DNA of 64,000 nucleotides from the human T2T-CHM13v2.0 reference genome, Homo sapiens. Below are positions 15,011-29,116 of this stretch, piece after piece. Each line of letters begins with the position of its first letter. The stretch's first letter is position 1. The notes under the pieces are model-generated. The model was not told where the DNA came from. It was given only the letters and a program-made list of their open reading frames with translations, and did not search any database. The position numbers were made by a program, and so were the translations under genes. The DNA is taken from the NCBI RefSeq assembly GCF_009914755.1, contig NC_060941.1; one strand, written 5' to 3'.

Positions 15011-16019
15011 ACAAACTACTCTTATGATCAGAAGGAATATACAGTATAAAGGAATTTGTGTGACATTTATGGTGTCTTTTACATCATAGTCTATGACCCT
15101 ATATTGTTATTATAAAGCTCCCACACCATTAAATAATGGGGACAATGCCCATTAACCAGCTGCCTTTTATTTCTCATTTGGACAGTAATTTAGTTAGTCA
15201 ATTGGAAAAGACATTTACATTTACTTTATTCTTCTTCATGGAAATAAAAATAAAAGCAGAACTTCTAACTTCTAGAATCCTCATAAAAATGGTACTGACT
15301 GAAGGACCTGAAGGCATTCTGTAGAATTCTAAGATAACCTGTAATCTCATATGTATATATGTATGTGTATATGTCAATATACAGGACTATCTATGTATAC
15401 ATCTATAGCTGCATCTGTATGTCTAGGTCTCTATCTATAAAACCATCTTCTAGAATTCATTACAGTATCACTATAGACATTTATAAGCCAAAGTGGCAGA
15501 AATATTGAAATAAAGAACTATAATATTGGAACTCTGATCAACGTTTTACTAGTATAGTCCTTTCATAATTCTGTGCAGATTTCTCTAGCTAGTATATATT
15601 AAGAAATAAGTCGTATTTAAACCAACAGAATAAGTTGGGAATCCGTATATAAGCAAATGATAACTGGAAACATATTTTTTGAACTTAACAATTACATCAG
15701 AAATACACTTATTGAGAATGAGCTGCATTCCTGGTAATGAGAAGGCAAAGAAAGATTCTGCAAGATTTGGCTCTACTAGATCTCCTTTTGGCAATTTAAG
15801 GTCATTCTCTACCCTTAGTGACTTGGAATTTCAGAAAGTATATGTCTTCTTTTCAAGGAGAAGGAAATTAGAAGGTACTTAGATTGGTTTAATTTGCTTT
15901 AGTTGAAAGGGCATAAGGACATCCAATGTTTACAAATTCACCTTCTTTTAGTTTCCCTGTGCTTTGCACAGGGAAATGAAATGGACTTTGACATTGTATA
16001 GCCTTAATTTGTAAAACAA

Positions 16020-16210
16020 CTCTTCTACTTATTATTTCATAATAAGTACTTAAACTTGCCAATTTTTAGTTTCTCATTCTTTACAATGAAGAAAAATATC
16101 TTACAGGATTGTTGTAAGAATTAAATTAAATTGAATTAAATTAAATAGCAGCGTAGGAACCCTGACACAATCGTTGGGTCATAATCATTCTCAATACACA
16201 TTAATTTCAT
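16020..16210 (+). mobile_element. MIR
   Basis: aagtacttaaactt..tagtttctcattctttacaatg..acaggattgttgtaagaattaaat..cctgacaca..ctcaata. Confidence 0.55.
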
Positions 16211-16469
16211 TAATCATGCCTTACTCCACAGGAACTACCCTTAGTTTATTACTCAAAGGTGTTTCTATATGGACAAATAGAATAAGAATTGCAAACAGTA
16301 AGGGAGAATTTTTATGGACTTGAGAAAGCTGTAATGAGGAATATGTGGCAGCCTAATGGAGAACTGAAATAAGTTTGAATTTTTACTACTTATAGCAAAT
16401 ATGTTATTGTAAGGATTAGTATTATCGTAGATTTAAATAATAGGTTTGCGTTTATATATCTTTATATAT

Positions 16470-16580
16470 TTTAATTGTATTCATGATCATCATCTCACTG
16501 AATCTTCACAGTACCCTGTGAGATAAAATTATCATTCTCATTTTACAGATGGAAAAGTTGAGATTCAAAGGTGTTAATTT
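16470..16580 (-). mobile_element. MIR core fragment
   Basis: atctcactgaatcttcacagtaccctgtgagat..attatcattctcattttacagatggaaaagttgag. Confidence 0.7.
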
Positions 16581-17269
16581 ACATTGCAAATCATATATTC
16601 TTTATATTTGTCAGGAACAACCATAAATGATTTGAAAGTGGATATGTGATCTGTGGGTGTCCTTTCAATGAAATGTTGAGTGTTTTTTGTAAAGGAATCT
16701 GAGCCTTTTATCGACTCAGCCACTTTACAACTCTGTAAATTATGGAAAACTGAAAGGAACACAAATGATTCTTGTGTGTTTACAGGCAAATGAATTTTGT
16801 CTGGCAGGTTTATAATTGACTTCTACTCTGTAGAATAGATCATTCAAATATTATCTGTTTTTACTGGTAGATAGTGATCCACTTTGCATCTATTAGCAAA
16901 ATTATTTCAGAACTTGTGATTACCTGTATTTGCATCTGTGTTTAGATTTTCTTTTGGACTGATTTTAACATCTTATGAGTTTCCTCATTAGTTAATGAGT
17001 TAAAAAATTGACACAAATGTTTATTGTATATTTTTACAAAAGTCATAATTTTATCCTTCTGAAAATTATCTTATAACATACTTGAATTAAGGTCTTCTGT
17101 TTCTAATCCCAGGGTTTATAAATGGAAATTCAAAGGAGCTAGATAAACCTTGCCTCTGTCAACTGTAAATTCCACAAAAGATTAGCCAAAACACATTGAT
17201 CAAACCTATTGCAATAAGAAAAAATGCCACTTTGCCAACAAAAAATTTTTACACATACACACAGGGAGA

Positions 17270-19180
17270 CTGGAGAAACAGAAAATTGTTTTTATTCACA
17301 AAGGCATGACTGTGTAAGTAGACAGTACATAAAAATGTACAGATAAAGAATTTACATTAAGAAGCTATTTTATCAAGGTCTCTGGATACAACAAGTAAAT
17401 AGAATAAAAAAGATTCCATTTATAATTGAACCAAAACAAAATATTTAGGAATAATGTACAAAATGTCTATACGGAAAGCTGTAAAACATCAGCGAGAGAA
17501 ATAAAGAAGACCTAAATTAATATATACATATTTGGAAGAGTCAATAGTTTACAGATTACAGTTCATCCTAAACGGATCAATAGGTGGAATGCAATCACTG
17601 GATGTGCTTTCTGAAAATTGGTAAGCTGATTCCAAAATTTATTTGGAAATGCAAAGGGCCAAAAATAACCAAGAAAATCTCAAAGAACACCAACCAAGTT
17701 GGGGATGCATAGTTTCAGATATTAAGAGTAATAATGCTGTAATGTTTTTTGAAAGTGTGGTATTGGTGTAAGGTAGACAAATAGAACAAAATGAGAAGCC
17801 TATAAAAAGAACACACATTTACAGTTATTTGATTTCTTACAAAGGAGAGACTGCAGTAGAGTTTAGAAAGAGTGGCCTTTTCAGTTATTAGGCCCAAGTC
17901 AGTTTGGTTTTCTAAGTAGATAAACATCTTTCTTCTCTGTTGTCAACTCCTAAAAAGACCATCAAAGAACTCACTGATTGAGCAAAGTTTATTAGATTCT
18001 ATTTGACAAAAGTCAGAGAGAAGTATTTGGGACTTTGGGTTTGGGTCTAAGTGGTTAAAGCAAGACGTTTCAAGACTAGGAACTGACTGAGATTAGGAAA
18101 ATTCAGATTCATAGGAGTTTAGGATTGGTCAACACAAAGACAGGCTTGAAATAAGTCTCGATAAGGAAACTGATTTTTGATACATGAGCTGCTTGCGCTG
18201 TTAAGAAATCAATTATCCTGACAGAAGAGGTACTCTCGTACTTAAAGAAAGTATTTTTCAGGGAGAAATTGGTTTGCAAGAATTCCCTGGAGCAAATAGT
18301 TACATCACGTCACAGGTGCCCTCAGTTCTCTGTCCAGCTGACTAACTACGTGAATGCAATTGTCTCTACTCCACCCTCTACCTCACTAAAGTCACTGTAC
18401 ACAAAAGTCAACTCTAGATGAAATGTAGATCTAAATCTAAAATGAAATAAAGCTTCTAGAAGAAGAAACAGGAAGGTATTTTTGTGATCTTCAAGTTGGC
18501 AAAGCTTTTTAAAATCAGGCCCAAAAACCTCCTTAACCATAATGGGGAAAAGGTGGGTAAATCAACCTACATTAAATTACAACTCTGTTCATTCAAAATA
18601 AACCATTAAGAGAGTAAAAGGGCAAAAATACAATAGAAAAGTGAGAATAAGGTTTGAATAAGAACTTGACAAAGAGGGCATTCAAATGGTTATTAAAGCT
18701 GAGAAAATTATATTTTATAATTCAGCAATTATATTTCTCTAAGTATATACCCAAAAGATGTACATACACATGTTCACCAAAAAATGTATATGATAATTTT
18801 TATTAATAGAAGAGTCTATAAATAAAGTTGCTGTATATCCATACAATAGAGAATGAATAAGCATGAACAAATTATTGTGACAGGCAGCAACGTGGATTAT
18901 GCCTACAAACATAATGCCAGACAAAATGAAGCCAAACCCAAAAGAAAATAGACTAGGTGTTTCTCATTCTATAAAGTTCAAATGTAGGCAAATTTCATCT
19001 ATGTTATTACAACTCAGAACAATGTTGACCTTTGGTAGTAACTGGAAGAGGACATCCAGAACTTCTGCAATGTTAGAAATTTCCTATTTTGTGATCTGAG
19101 TGCTGATTATACTTACAGGCTTATTTTGTGAAAATTCAGCAAACTGTTTTTTCTATACTTTCAATGAAGTTTACAAGAAA
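17270..19180 (+). mobile_element. Old L1M (L1MC/ME-type) ORF2 to 3'UTR fragments, interrupted at ~17930-18350
   Basis: agagaaataaagaagacctaaat..ttggaagagtcaata..tttatttggaaatgcaaagggcc..gtgtggtattggtgtaagg..gaaatgtagatctaaat.. Confidence 0.7.
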
Positions 19181-20138
19181 GCTGTAAAGAAGGGCAGGAG
19201 AAAGAAGAAGCACATAAGGAAAGGCAGAAAGGAGGAAAGAAAGACTAAAGGAAGAGTTACTTTCTAGGGATCTACAATCTAATAGTCATTATCATGACAT
19301 GGAAAACAATATGGAAAAAGAAGAACCTAAACCGATTCCTTTTCACAGTAACCAAAACAAATTGAAGAATGAGAATGGTAATCTGGAGTGTGTGTAGCTT
19401 GTTCACCTCTTTCAATTCTTAGAATTCTCCACTGGAAATTTTTTCTTGGTGACAAGCTTAGTTCTTCATACCTCATTAAAGAAGAATTTACAGCTGGATG
19501 ATTGCTATTTCTCTTCACATGGAGCCAAATTTAGATTTTAATTGACAGCCCAGACCCTGTTCTCTTTATTTCCTATGTGCAATTAGAAAGCGAGAGCATA
19601 TGTTCTGAAGTCGAAGCTCAGGAATGGGATGTTTGGAGTTCCTAAAGTCATTCTTCACTCTGTGAAACCTAAATTCGTCCCACTCCCTCTTGAATGCACA
19701 TGTGCAGTGGAACATTTGCTGCAAGGTGACTCTAACATGAGCTTCAGCTGACATCCTTTCTGCTAGTTCCAGAAATACAAATTAGCCTGTGTTGGCAGAA
19801 GATTAGGGACTGCTCTTTAAGCAGTCTTTCATTCTGCAGTTTTATTTTCCATTCATCTTGCCAAGAGAGTATCTTTTTCCAGAAGTTTCTCCTCTGCTCT
19901 CCCCTGCCCTTTTCTTCTTTTTTTTAAGCTCCTTTTTTCTCTCCCAGATCCAACTGTATCTTTACTACAGCCTCTTGCTGTTTCTTATCCTCATATTTTT
20001 ATACTGCCAATTGCTTTCCTCTCTGTACTTCGCTTATTTTGAATTTTTTGGCCAGTAGTAATACCATATAAATTAAGAACAATCCATCAAGTGGGTAAAT
20101 TGCCTGTTTTGTTCAATAACATTTTATTTACCATTTAG

Positions 20139-20463
<325 letters not shown>

Positions 20464-20860
20464 TGAACGCTTTACGTTTGAGATGTGGGATATTAAACTA
20501 ATTACAATCATTAGCAAATATTGATTACTTATATCCTGTCTATAATGACAGTTTTATTTTCCCTTAAGTCATAGAAGTATCAATAAGAGGATACAACCAT
20601 CTTCCATATTCCTCTACCTTTTAAATTTAGCTTCTCCAAGAATATACTATTTTATAACATCTATCTAGGAAGCCTAAGTATAATTAACCCATTACCTAAT
20701 GCATTCGTGTGTGTAAAGGAAGCTCTCTTTGGCCTTAGCAGCAGTGGAATGGGAAGAAGCTGGGGCCAGGTGTGCTACTGACTCTCCATTCTCATTTCCT
20801 TCTGATTCTGCCGTAGTAGCTCTTGATTTTTCTTGTTTACAATTGTTGAGCTTTGGACAT

Positions 20861-20972
20861 CTCTTCTTCCTCTTCCTCTTTCTCTTCCTCTTCCTCCTCC
20901 TCCTCCTCCTCTTCCTCCTCCTCCCCCTCCCCCTCCTCCTCCTCCTGCTCCTCCTCTTCTTCTTCTTCTTTT
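20861..20972. repeat. (CTT/CCT)n polypyrimidine microsatellite derived from an Alu tail
   Basis: ctcttcttcctcttcc..cctcctcct..cttcttcttctttt directly abutting an antisense Alu. Confidence 0.95.
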
Positions 20973-21205
20973 GAGAGGGAGTCTCACTCTGTTGCCCAGG
21001 CTGGAGTGCAGTGACACGATCTCAGCTTACTGCAACCTCTGCCTCCCAGGTTCAACCAATTTCTGGCTCATTTTTGTATTTTTTTCAATGGAGACTGGGT
21101 TTCCCCACGTTGGCCAGGCTGGTCTCAAACTCCTGACCTCAAGTGATCTGCCCACCTTGGCCTCCCAAAGTGCTAGGATAACAGGCATGAGCCACCACTC
21201 CGAGC
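20973..21205 (-). mobile_element. AluS with internal deletion in the right arm
   Basis: gagtctcactctgttgcccaggctggagtgcag..ggttcaaccaatt|tctggctcatttttg..ctcctgacctcaagtgatctgccc. Confidence 0.92.
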
Positions 21206-22073
21206 TGGATGTTTCTTTATTATCAAAGGCCTTGCCACTTATGCACAGGAAGGATGACTGTGCAGTGCTGGGGTCTGTGGTTGACCTGCGCTATTTGGAT
21301 ATCACCAGGGAGGGAAGAAAGAATAGCAGCTTGGGGTCCTCTGGAAACTCTGCCTAAGGACCTAGAACCCAGGCATTCATTAAGACTTTTTGTGGCATTA
21401 GCTCACAGCCTTCTAGTTTAAACTTTTTAAAACATTCTTCTTTTTGTTGTTGTTTTCTATGAGGTTAAAATATCCAGACTTCACCACTAAGGCATTAATG
21501 TTTGCTCTTTTCTTGATATGAAGTTTAAATGCATTCCTATTCTTGAACACACAATATGTATCTTTCTGAAGTTATGGGCAAGTTCAATAACAGCTCTCTC
21601 CAAATCTTTGTTTTATTTCCACTCTATTAGAAGCGATTAAGGCTTCTATGGAGTTCTCCCAAATGACTAACATTTTATAACTTTTATTTTCCTTTACATG
21701 TTTTATTTGTAGTACCACTTGAACCTAATTCAGTTATAAAGCCAATAAAAGGGGGATGGATTTGGATTTGGGCATACTTGGCTAGAATTAGAGGTTCTAG
21801 TCTTAATGTCCATTATATTTTAAACATTAATGAGTTATATGTTTTTAATCTGGACAAGTCAGTGGCCTAGAAATTCAGGGAATTGTTAGAATTGAAATTT
21901 CAATTCTCTATTTATCTGTTAAAGGGTTTCTATTCATTTTCAGGGGGAAAAACCTTAGTTAAGATCATGACACTAAATGTAACAATGTCATTTGGGTTCC
22001 AGTCCGTGAGTTGTAGGAGAAAGGAGTTTGCCGTCCATTTTTTTTTTTTTTTTTTTTGTTTAGTTCTATCCTT

Positions 22074-22283
22074 GGAAGAAGGAGAAGGAGAAAGAGGAGG
22101 AGGAGGAGGAGGAGGAGGAGAAGGAAGAAGAAGAAGAAGAAGAGGAGGGGGAGGGGAAGGGGGAGGAGAAGGAAGAATAAGAAGAAGAAGAAGAGGAGGA
22201 GAAGGAGGAGGAGAGGGGAGGGGGAGGGGGGAGGAGGAGGAAGAAGAAGAAGAAGAAGAAGAAGAAGAGGAGAAGAAGAAGAG
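22074..22283. repeat. (GGA/GAA)n polypurine tract, ~210 bp
   Basis: Almost pure purine run of GGA, GAA and GGGGA units. Confidence 0.97.
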
Positions 22284-22566
22284 CAGCAGCTCCATCATAC
22301 TTGCTCCAACACAGTGAAATGTTACAATAGTCTAGGATCTTATTCCTCTCAGTGTTGCTTTTAGAAAACACTGTTGTAAATAAACACAAATTCTCTCTCC
22401 AAACAACAACAAAAAATATTTTTTAAGTAAAATGAAATGGGTGTGAAATAGGTGAATGAGCAATTGTCCACATGAATGCGTCTGTTCAGGGGTGGGCTCT
22501 GGTTAGAGAAGGAAGCAGATGAAAATGCTCACCTGGATTTAGAGTGAATCGTTTTATGCTTATCTA

Positions 22567-22648
22567 TTAGGTTGGTGCAAATGTAATTGCGAGTTTTGCC
22601 ATTACTTTTAATATGACAAAACCTGTAATTATGTTTTCACAAACCTAA
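22567..22648. mobile_element. MADE1 (Hsmar1-derived MITE)
   Basis: ttaggttggtgcaaatgtaattgcgagttttgccatta..aaaacctgtaattatgttttcacaaacctaa; ~80-bp palindromic element preceded by TA. Confidence 0.9.
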
Positions 22649-22839
22649 TCTATTACCTATCTCTTAATTTTCCAGTTTCTCTAACTTTCATCCTCCAGAG
22701 GGACAAATAAATGGTCACTTAATGGGAGTCTAGAACCATATACATCATTGTAATTCTGATTAAGCTTTACTTAAAATGTGCTTAAGTTTTCAATGTGTGA
22801 AGCTTGAGAGTTACAGTTTTATTAATAATTTTTACAATA

Positions 22840-23050
22840 ATATTTTATGGCTAGTACTTTGACATCAACTGAACATATTTCTACATATTATATCATTTGA
22901 GCCTCAAAACGATCTGGAGATGTGGGTAAAAAGCAGGTACGATGATTTATATCCTAAAAATAGAAACTTGAGGGTTCAAGGTGTTGTGACTTTTCCATCT
23001 CCAAGGTCACATATCTATAAAATAGTGGCCTATGTGTTAGCATTTTGGCA
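22840..23050 (-). mobile_element. MIR
   Basis: acatattatatcatttgagcctcaaaac..agaaacttgagggttc..ccaaggtcacata. Confidence 0.55.
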
Positions 23051-25254
23051 TCTTTTCAGTATTACTTGCTCCAGAATTATTAACTTTAGAAATTTTAAGA
23101 ACATTTTTAAAAATTCCATTTACTTTTTAAAATTATCCACCCCACCAAAAAAAGAAATTCTCTTTGACCAGTTGGTAATTGAATTCATTACCTGGAACTA
23201 ACCAGAGAAAAAACAAAACTAAACCAAACCAAACCAAACCAGCTGAAAGAAAAAAAAAAAAGAAAATTGTAACCCTCTTTAACTGAATTGATTTAAGACA
23301 TAACAAGGGAAATGAAAAAATTGGACTATCCTGACAGATAACTTTGTTTGCCAAACTGCAGGCAGATCAGGATCTAAGAGGCTTACTCTTAAACTCCTGG
23401 AAAATAAGAAAATGCTTCCAACTGGAATTTTTTTTAAAATGACTTTTTAAAGTAGGGCACTACAGATCAGTGAGATGGTACAAATACAAAAGTTAATAAA
23501 GAGACTATCATTGATTGGACTCTAGGCACACTTACCAACATATCTAACAGAGCTCTATGTGTGTTGATAGTCATTGTTCTGACCAATGGTGCAAAAATAT
23601 TATATGCCCTCCATAGTTTCAAATGTTCTCTTCCAGTTTATGATTTACTAAAACCCACTGAAGTCCATGGGGCTGCAGTATAAACACAGATATATAAACA
23701 TGCATGCATTAAATGTCTTCACCAGCGACAAAAATGTTAAATCGATTTTATGAGAAGTTGGTTTTCCAGCCACTGAGTGGCTGTAAATGTTAAGTGTTTT
23801 TACAGGTTGTTGCTTTCCCAGCTGCTGAGCTGTTTTAAATGTTATCTGTCACACGCACACACATATACACATATCCTTGCTTTGCCAGCTGTTAATCCTC
23901 TCTGCACATTTTTATAAAGTTTTTCCCCCTTCTTTTACTTGCTAAATCTATTTATATTTTACTCACATAAGCAAGTGCAAAATTGTCTTGGCATCACCTA
24001 ACTTTTATTTTTATTGAATTGTTTTAACTACAAATAAAAATTCCATCCCTGTTTCAGTGCTTTCCAGAGAGTAGGGGCTGTAGTTATAATGAATCCAAGA
24101 TGAGCATTACGAGTTCATCTCAAAATTTAGATACCACAAAAGCACTCTACTTGCGGTATGCTCAGTGGAAACACTGTTCTTGCGGTATTTCCATTGGAAA
24201 TATTGTACTTGGTGGTATTTTTCAATGGAAAAACTATTACTGTAGGATTACTGAGTGCTGCAGGAAATGCTGGCTGGAGTCTTCTAACAAATGGCCCATA
24301 GAAGAGGGAAGCAAGACAGTTAAAGTAGCCACCAATGGAAGCCAGGAGTGATGATGATGATGACAATATTTTATTTAAGAATTCCAAATTAACCCCAGTT
24401 GCATTATCTATGAGGAAAGGGAGGAATTCATTTCTAATAAGGAAAAGTTTTGTAAAACCCCTAAGATTAAAATGTGAGTGAGAAACTAGACTGATAGCAG
24501 AATAAAAATAATAAAAACAAAAGACAAGTGAGATCATAAGCCATTTTGGGAGGGGGAAAGGGGGATGTGCATTATAACTCTCTCCTAGTGTCTGTTCACA
24601 GACTCTAGAAAAAAAGTGCCCAAGGGAAAAAGACACCAAGTAAAAGCTCAAAAGAAAAAGACATGATAATTTTCTGAAGGATTTTCCCAATCAAGTTGGA
24701 GGCTGGATTGTACTGAAGTAAACCAGCTTAAAATAATTACCTAGCTCTCTAGTCTGTCCTGAGTCTGGCTGGGACTTGCTTTTCTTTATTACCCAGCACA
24801 GCTCAGCAGGATTCTCTGCTTCTGTTGGGCAGAATTTTCACAATTTCCCACTGATGCCTGGCCTTTTTTTTTTTTTTTACATTGACTTTCTGCTCATGAT
24901 CATCCTGCCTGCTGGGATACCCATCACTTATCTAAATCCCTCCCAGGCTACCTTGAAGGTCAAAGTTCAACTTATCAAATGAAGCCTTTCATGGCTCATC
25001 CTTCAGCCTTCATAGATCAACTACTTTAAAAAACTGTCAAATAGAGAGGTACTTCTCCACACTTCAGCATTTAATGGTGTCTTTATGGTCTGTGCCTTAC
25101 AAGCAATATTGAAATCAGACACTGTGCTTTCTATTTCTTTGTAATTTACAGCACCGAGAACAGATCTGAACACTGAGTAAATGCTTATTAACTAGTAATT
25201 GCTTACCTGAGGTAAAGCAAATATGATACCTTGGTTTCTCTGAATCCTCATTGA

Positions 25255-26099
25255 TTGATTATTTTAGCTATAATAGTATAGCTGTTATAACACAAAATCC
25301 CCCAAATTGCAGAGCTTAAAACAATAATCACTTACTTCTCATTCATATCATATTTCTGTGTGGGCATTTCTGGTGGAGTGGGTCTTCTCCAAGTAGTGAC
25401 TCAGGGATCCAGGATCCTTCCATTGTGTGGCTTTACCACATGGCTTCCAAGATTGCCCAGAGGGTGGTCTCTATCCTGGTCATCTGGAAAGGGAAAAAGA
25501 GACTAAAGGACTGTGTGTATAATGTGTACGTAGAATTGAACTGAAAGTAGTATTTGTGACTCCTGCCCATGTTTTATTGGTCAAAACTCCATTGTATGAT
25601 GTATTGGGTTGACTTTTATTCCCCCAGGGTCATATGTTGAAGTCCTAACTCCCAGTACTTCAAAACATGACTGTACAGTACTTGGAGATAGGGCCTTTAA
25701 AGAGGTACTTAAGTTAAAATGGAAGTTATTAGGTGGAACCTAATTCAATATAACTCGTGTCCTGAGAAGAAGAAATTTAGACACAGATAGGTACAGAGGA
25801 AAGACAATGTGAAGACATAGGTAGAAGTCAGCCATCTACAAGCCAAGGGGAGAGACCTTAAAAAACCAACCAGCCCTTCCACTACCTTGATCTGAGAATT
25901 CTAGCCTCCAAAATTGTGAGAAAATAAATTTCTCTTGCTTAACACAGTATCAGTCTGTGATACTTTGTTATAGCAGCCCCAACGAATTAATACACATGGC
26001 AACATTTATCTGCAAGGGAAGCTGGGACATGTAGTCTTGCTGTATGTCGAGGAATAAAAGGAAACAGGTTTTGCTGAACATACAGCAATTTCTGCCACA
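25255..26099 (-). mobile_element. Old MLT1J/K-type LTR, split by an MLT1B insertion
   Basis: gtgactcagggatccagg..ttccattgtgtggct..cctgcccatgttttattggtcaaaactc || tggcaacattt..tgcaagggaagctgggacatgtagtc..tctgccaca. Confidence 0.7.
25600..25994 (+). mobile_element. MLT1B solo LTR
   Basis: catatgttgaagtcctaactcccagtac..ttggagatagggcctttaaagagg..gccatctacaagccaag..tgtgagaaaataaatttc..ttaataca. Confidence 0.88.
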
Positions 26100-26329
26100 G
26101 TACTAGAACTGGGTAGGGTATTAGGGGTCATCTACTCCAATATTCTCTTTTCTTTCTGAAGATCAAGATAAAGTCCGCTAAATGAACTGACTCACTCAAG
26201 AATCCTCTGGATATGTAGTAACACCTAACTAGTGACTGCATTGTTCATCTAATTAATTGGATCAAAAATTTGCTAATGATTATTGTCCACCAATGTTCCA
26301 CCTATCCCCCTACCCTTTAATGAGAGCCA

Positions 26330-26525
26330 CCTAGATTGGCTATGTAATTGTGAGGCCTAATGCAACAAATAAAATAGAGAAGGAGAGAGAGAGAGAGAGA
26401 GGGCCTTTGTTAAAATTAAGAATTCCAAAAATAGTGACAGTAGATCATTAGACCATGCACAGGACCTTTCTAACTATAGGGCTCTGTGTGACTGCACAGG
26501 TTGCATGCCCATGAGGCTGGCCCTG
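26330..26525 (-). mobile_element. MER91A-like (hAT-Tip100)
   Basis: Ends gggctctgtgtgactgcacaggttgcatgcccatgaggctggccctg, the reverse complement of the MER91A terminus. Confidence 0.7.
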
Positions 26526-26744
26526 GTGCCACATATATCACCAACACTACCACTACCATGGGTCTTGATGGCTTGAAATTGACATTAGAAGGTTGGAGAG
26601 ATATTTGAAGAGTTAGTCCACCCCCAGTCCATGTTGGATAGACTATCAATAAGAGGTTGGTGATGCTCAGTCTAAAACATTGGTGTGTAAACATAGGTCT
26701 GCTTTCTGTCACCAAACTTCTTATGTTAGAATCACATGGAGGAG

Positions 26745-27060
<316 letters not shown>

Positions 27061-28069
27061 ATATTTTTATTTTTTTTAACATATAGAGATTCAAATGAAA
27101 TTTATTGGGACAAAGGTAAGATATTCTTTTCAAGTGCCCACAGCTGATTCTGTTGCCCAGGCCAGGTTTGGACAGTACAGGTTATAACAACTTGAAATCT
27201 TATGAGTCTGTTGACTTTAACCTACCTAACACCCCCCCAATTTGTCATTCCTTACTTTCCTTACTCAGAGAAGGATTTTATCTGTAGATAATATTTCTTT
27301 GGATAAGATTTGAGAATGTTAATAAGTCGAGATTTCCTCCCAAAAGTTCTAGTTTTCAAAATTAATTTTCTGGTATCCATCTCAATTGTCCCTAACTTCC
27401 TTCCGTGGTTCTCTCTGGTGACCTTATGAAAGATGTAGTGTGTTCTTGTTCTGTCTGTATTCTGAGTCATCAAAATTATTCTTAGGAAAAGGTCTAGTAA
27501 ATGTGTTTATAATAAAACATTAAAGACAGATATGAATTGATATAGCAATTCTTGTCAGAATCTTTTCTTTCCAAGCGATAAAAGGATTTAAGCCAAAATA
27601 ATAAATCTTTCATTGCAGAATTTCAGGTACTGATGAAATTTTAATGCGCCAAATGTAAATGTTGTGAAGTTTTTATTTTATTCACTCATTGACTTATTTA
27701 TATTTTTAAAATATATTTAATTTTAAAAGAGAGATTTCATTCTTAAGTAATCCCTACATTTAAGGAAATCTTATTTTAAAAAAGTACATATACATATTAA
27801 AAGAAAATATAGAAAGTGCTGTTCATGTATACTTGTATTTATTCTATTTTTTTATACCTATCTGTCTATCTCTTATCTATTTTCTATCTATCTATCTCTA
27901 GGGAAACCCAGGAAAAGAAGTAACGAATTCTGTCTGAAACCAACAGAAAAGATGTAGACAGTAGGTGTGTGGTTTGAACTGAATCCTGAGGCAGCATGGT
28001 ATAAATTTTAGTGTAAAACGTGAATGTCTACCATTTGTTTAGTAAAATCAGTTTGGGGAAATTACTTAG

Positions 28070-28275
28070 TTCAGGGTAAACACTCTGGAGTCAGACTGCT
28101 GGGGTTTGAACCCAGCTCCATGACTAACTGTATAGCCTGGGGTGATTTATGTAATATCCCTGTTCCTTATTTCTTCATTTATAAAATGAGAATAAAAATA
28201 AATAGATCTGACCACATTGGTTTTGTGAGAGGATTAAAGAATTAACTCATGCAAAACATTGAGAACAGGGCTTCT
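28070..28275 (+). mobile_element. MIR
   Basis: actctggagtcagactgctggggtttgaacccagctcc..ttcttcatttataaaatgagaataa..tgtgagaggattaaa. Confidence 0.85.
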
Positions 28276-29116
28276 ATTACTATTATAAATTTCGTTATAA
28301 CCCAGTTTATTCTCTCTAAGATGAGAATAATAATATATGCCTTTAAGACTGATCTGGGCATTATATTGAATAATGTATGCAAAATATCTAGCCAGTGTAC
28401 TCTAAATAGTAACGTCGACTCAGAAAACATTGTTTACTCAATGATTCACTCAAGAGACATTAATGTAAATTACATCTATATATATTACCTTTTCCTTTTA
28501 CATAGGTTACCTTTTGTTGATTAATTTAACTTTATACAGATTAGTATTTGAGTGCTAGAAAAAGTGAGCATAGATAGCATATTTAGTGTTTTCATGTCCT
28601 AGAATTGGTTATTTTGCTTTTCATTCAAATATGTCTTTATGATTACACCAAACAATTCAAATTAGGCTATCTGAATCAGTACACCATGAATAAGTATATA
28701 AAAGTGTTTCCTCTCTAATTAATAACCTTTGCAGTTTTCAGCTGAAAGATATGATGACAGAAAAAAATAATTGCTCGTTCAGGCTCTTTTATGTTTTTAT
28801 ATCAATTTTGGGATTGTTTTTTCTAATTCTGTAAAAAAATGATGTTGGTATTTCTATAGAAATTGCATTGAATCTGTGGATTGCTTTGGGCAGTATGATC
28901 ATTTTAATGAATGTAAATTAGTACAGCTTCTATGGAAAACAGTATGGAGATTTCTCAAAGAATTAAAAATATAACTACCATTAGATCGAGCAATCCCACT
29001 ACCAGGTATCTACCCAAAGGAAAAAGATACCTGCACTTGTATGTTTATCAAAGCACTATTCACAATAGCAAAGGTATGGAATCAGCCTAAGTTTCTGTCA
29101 ACAGATAACAGATAGC

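Noticed and set aside
20729-22389. ORFs with poly-Pro, Gly, Glu, Arg or Ser (up to 174 aa)
   Set aside because: Translations of (CCT)n and (GGA/GAA)n microsatellites and Alu; open in several frames on both strands
24100-24690. Overlapping 83-aa (+) and 187-aa (-) ORFs in unique DNA
   Set aside because: No recognisable homology or convincing exon boundaries; Phe/Leu-rich composition typical of AT-rich chance ORFs
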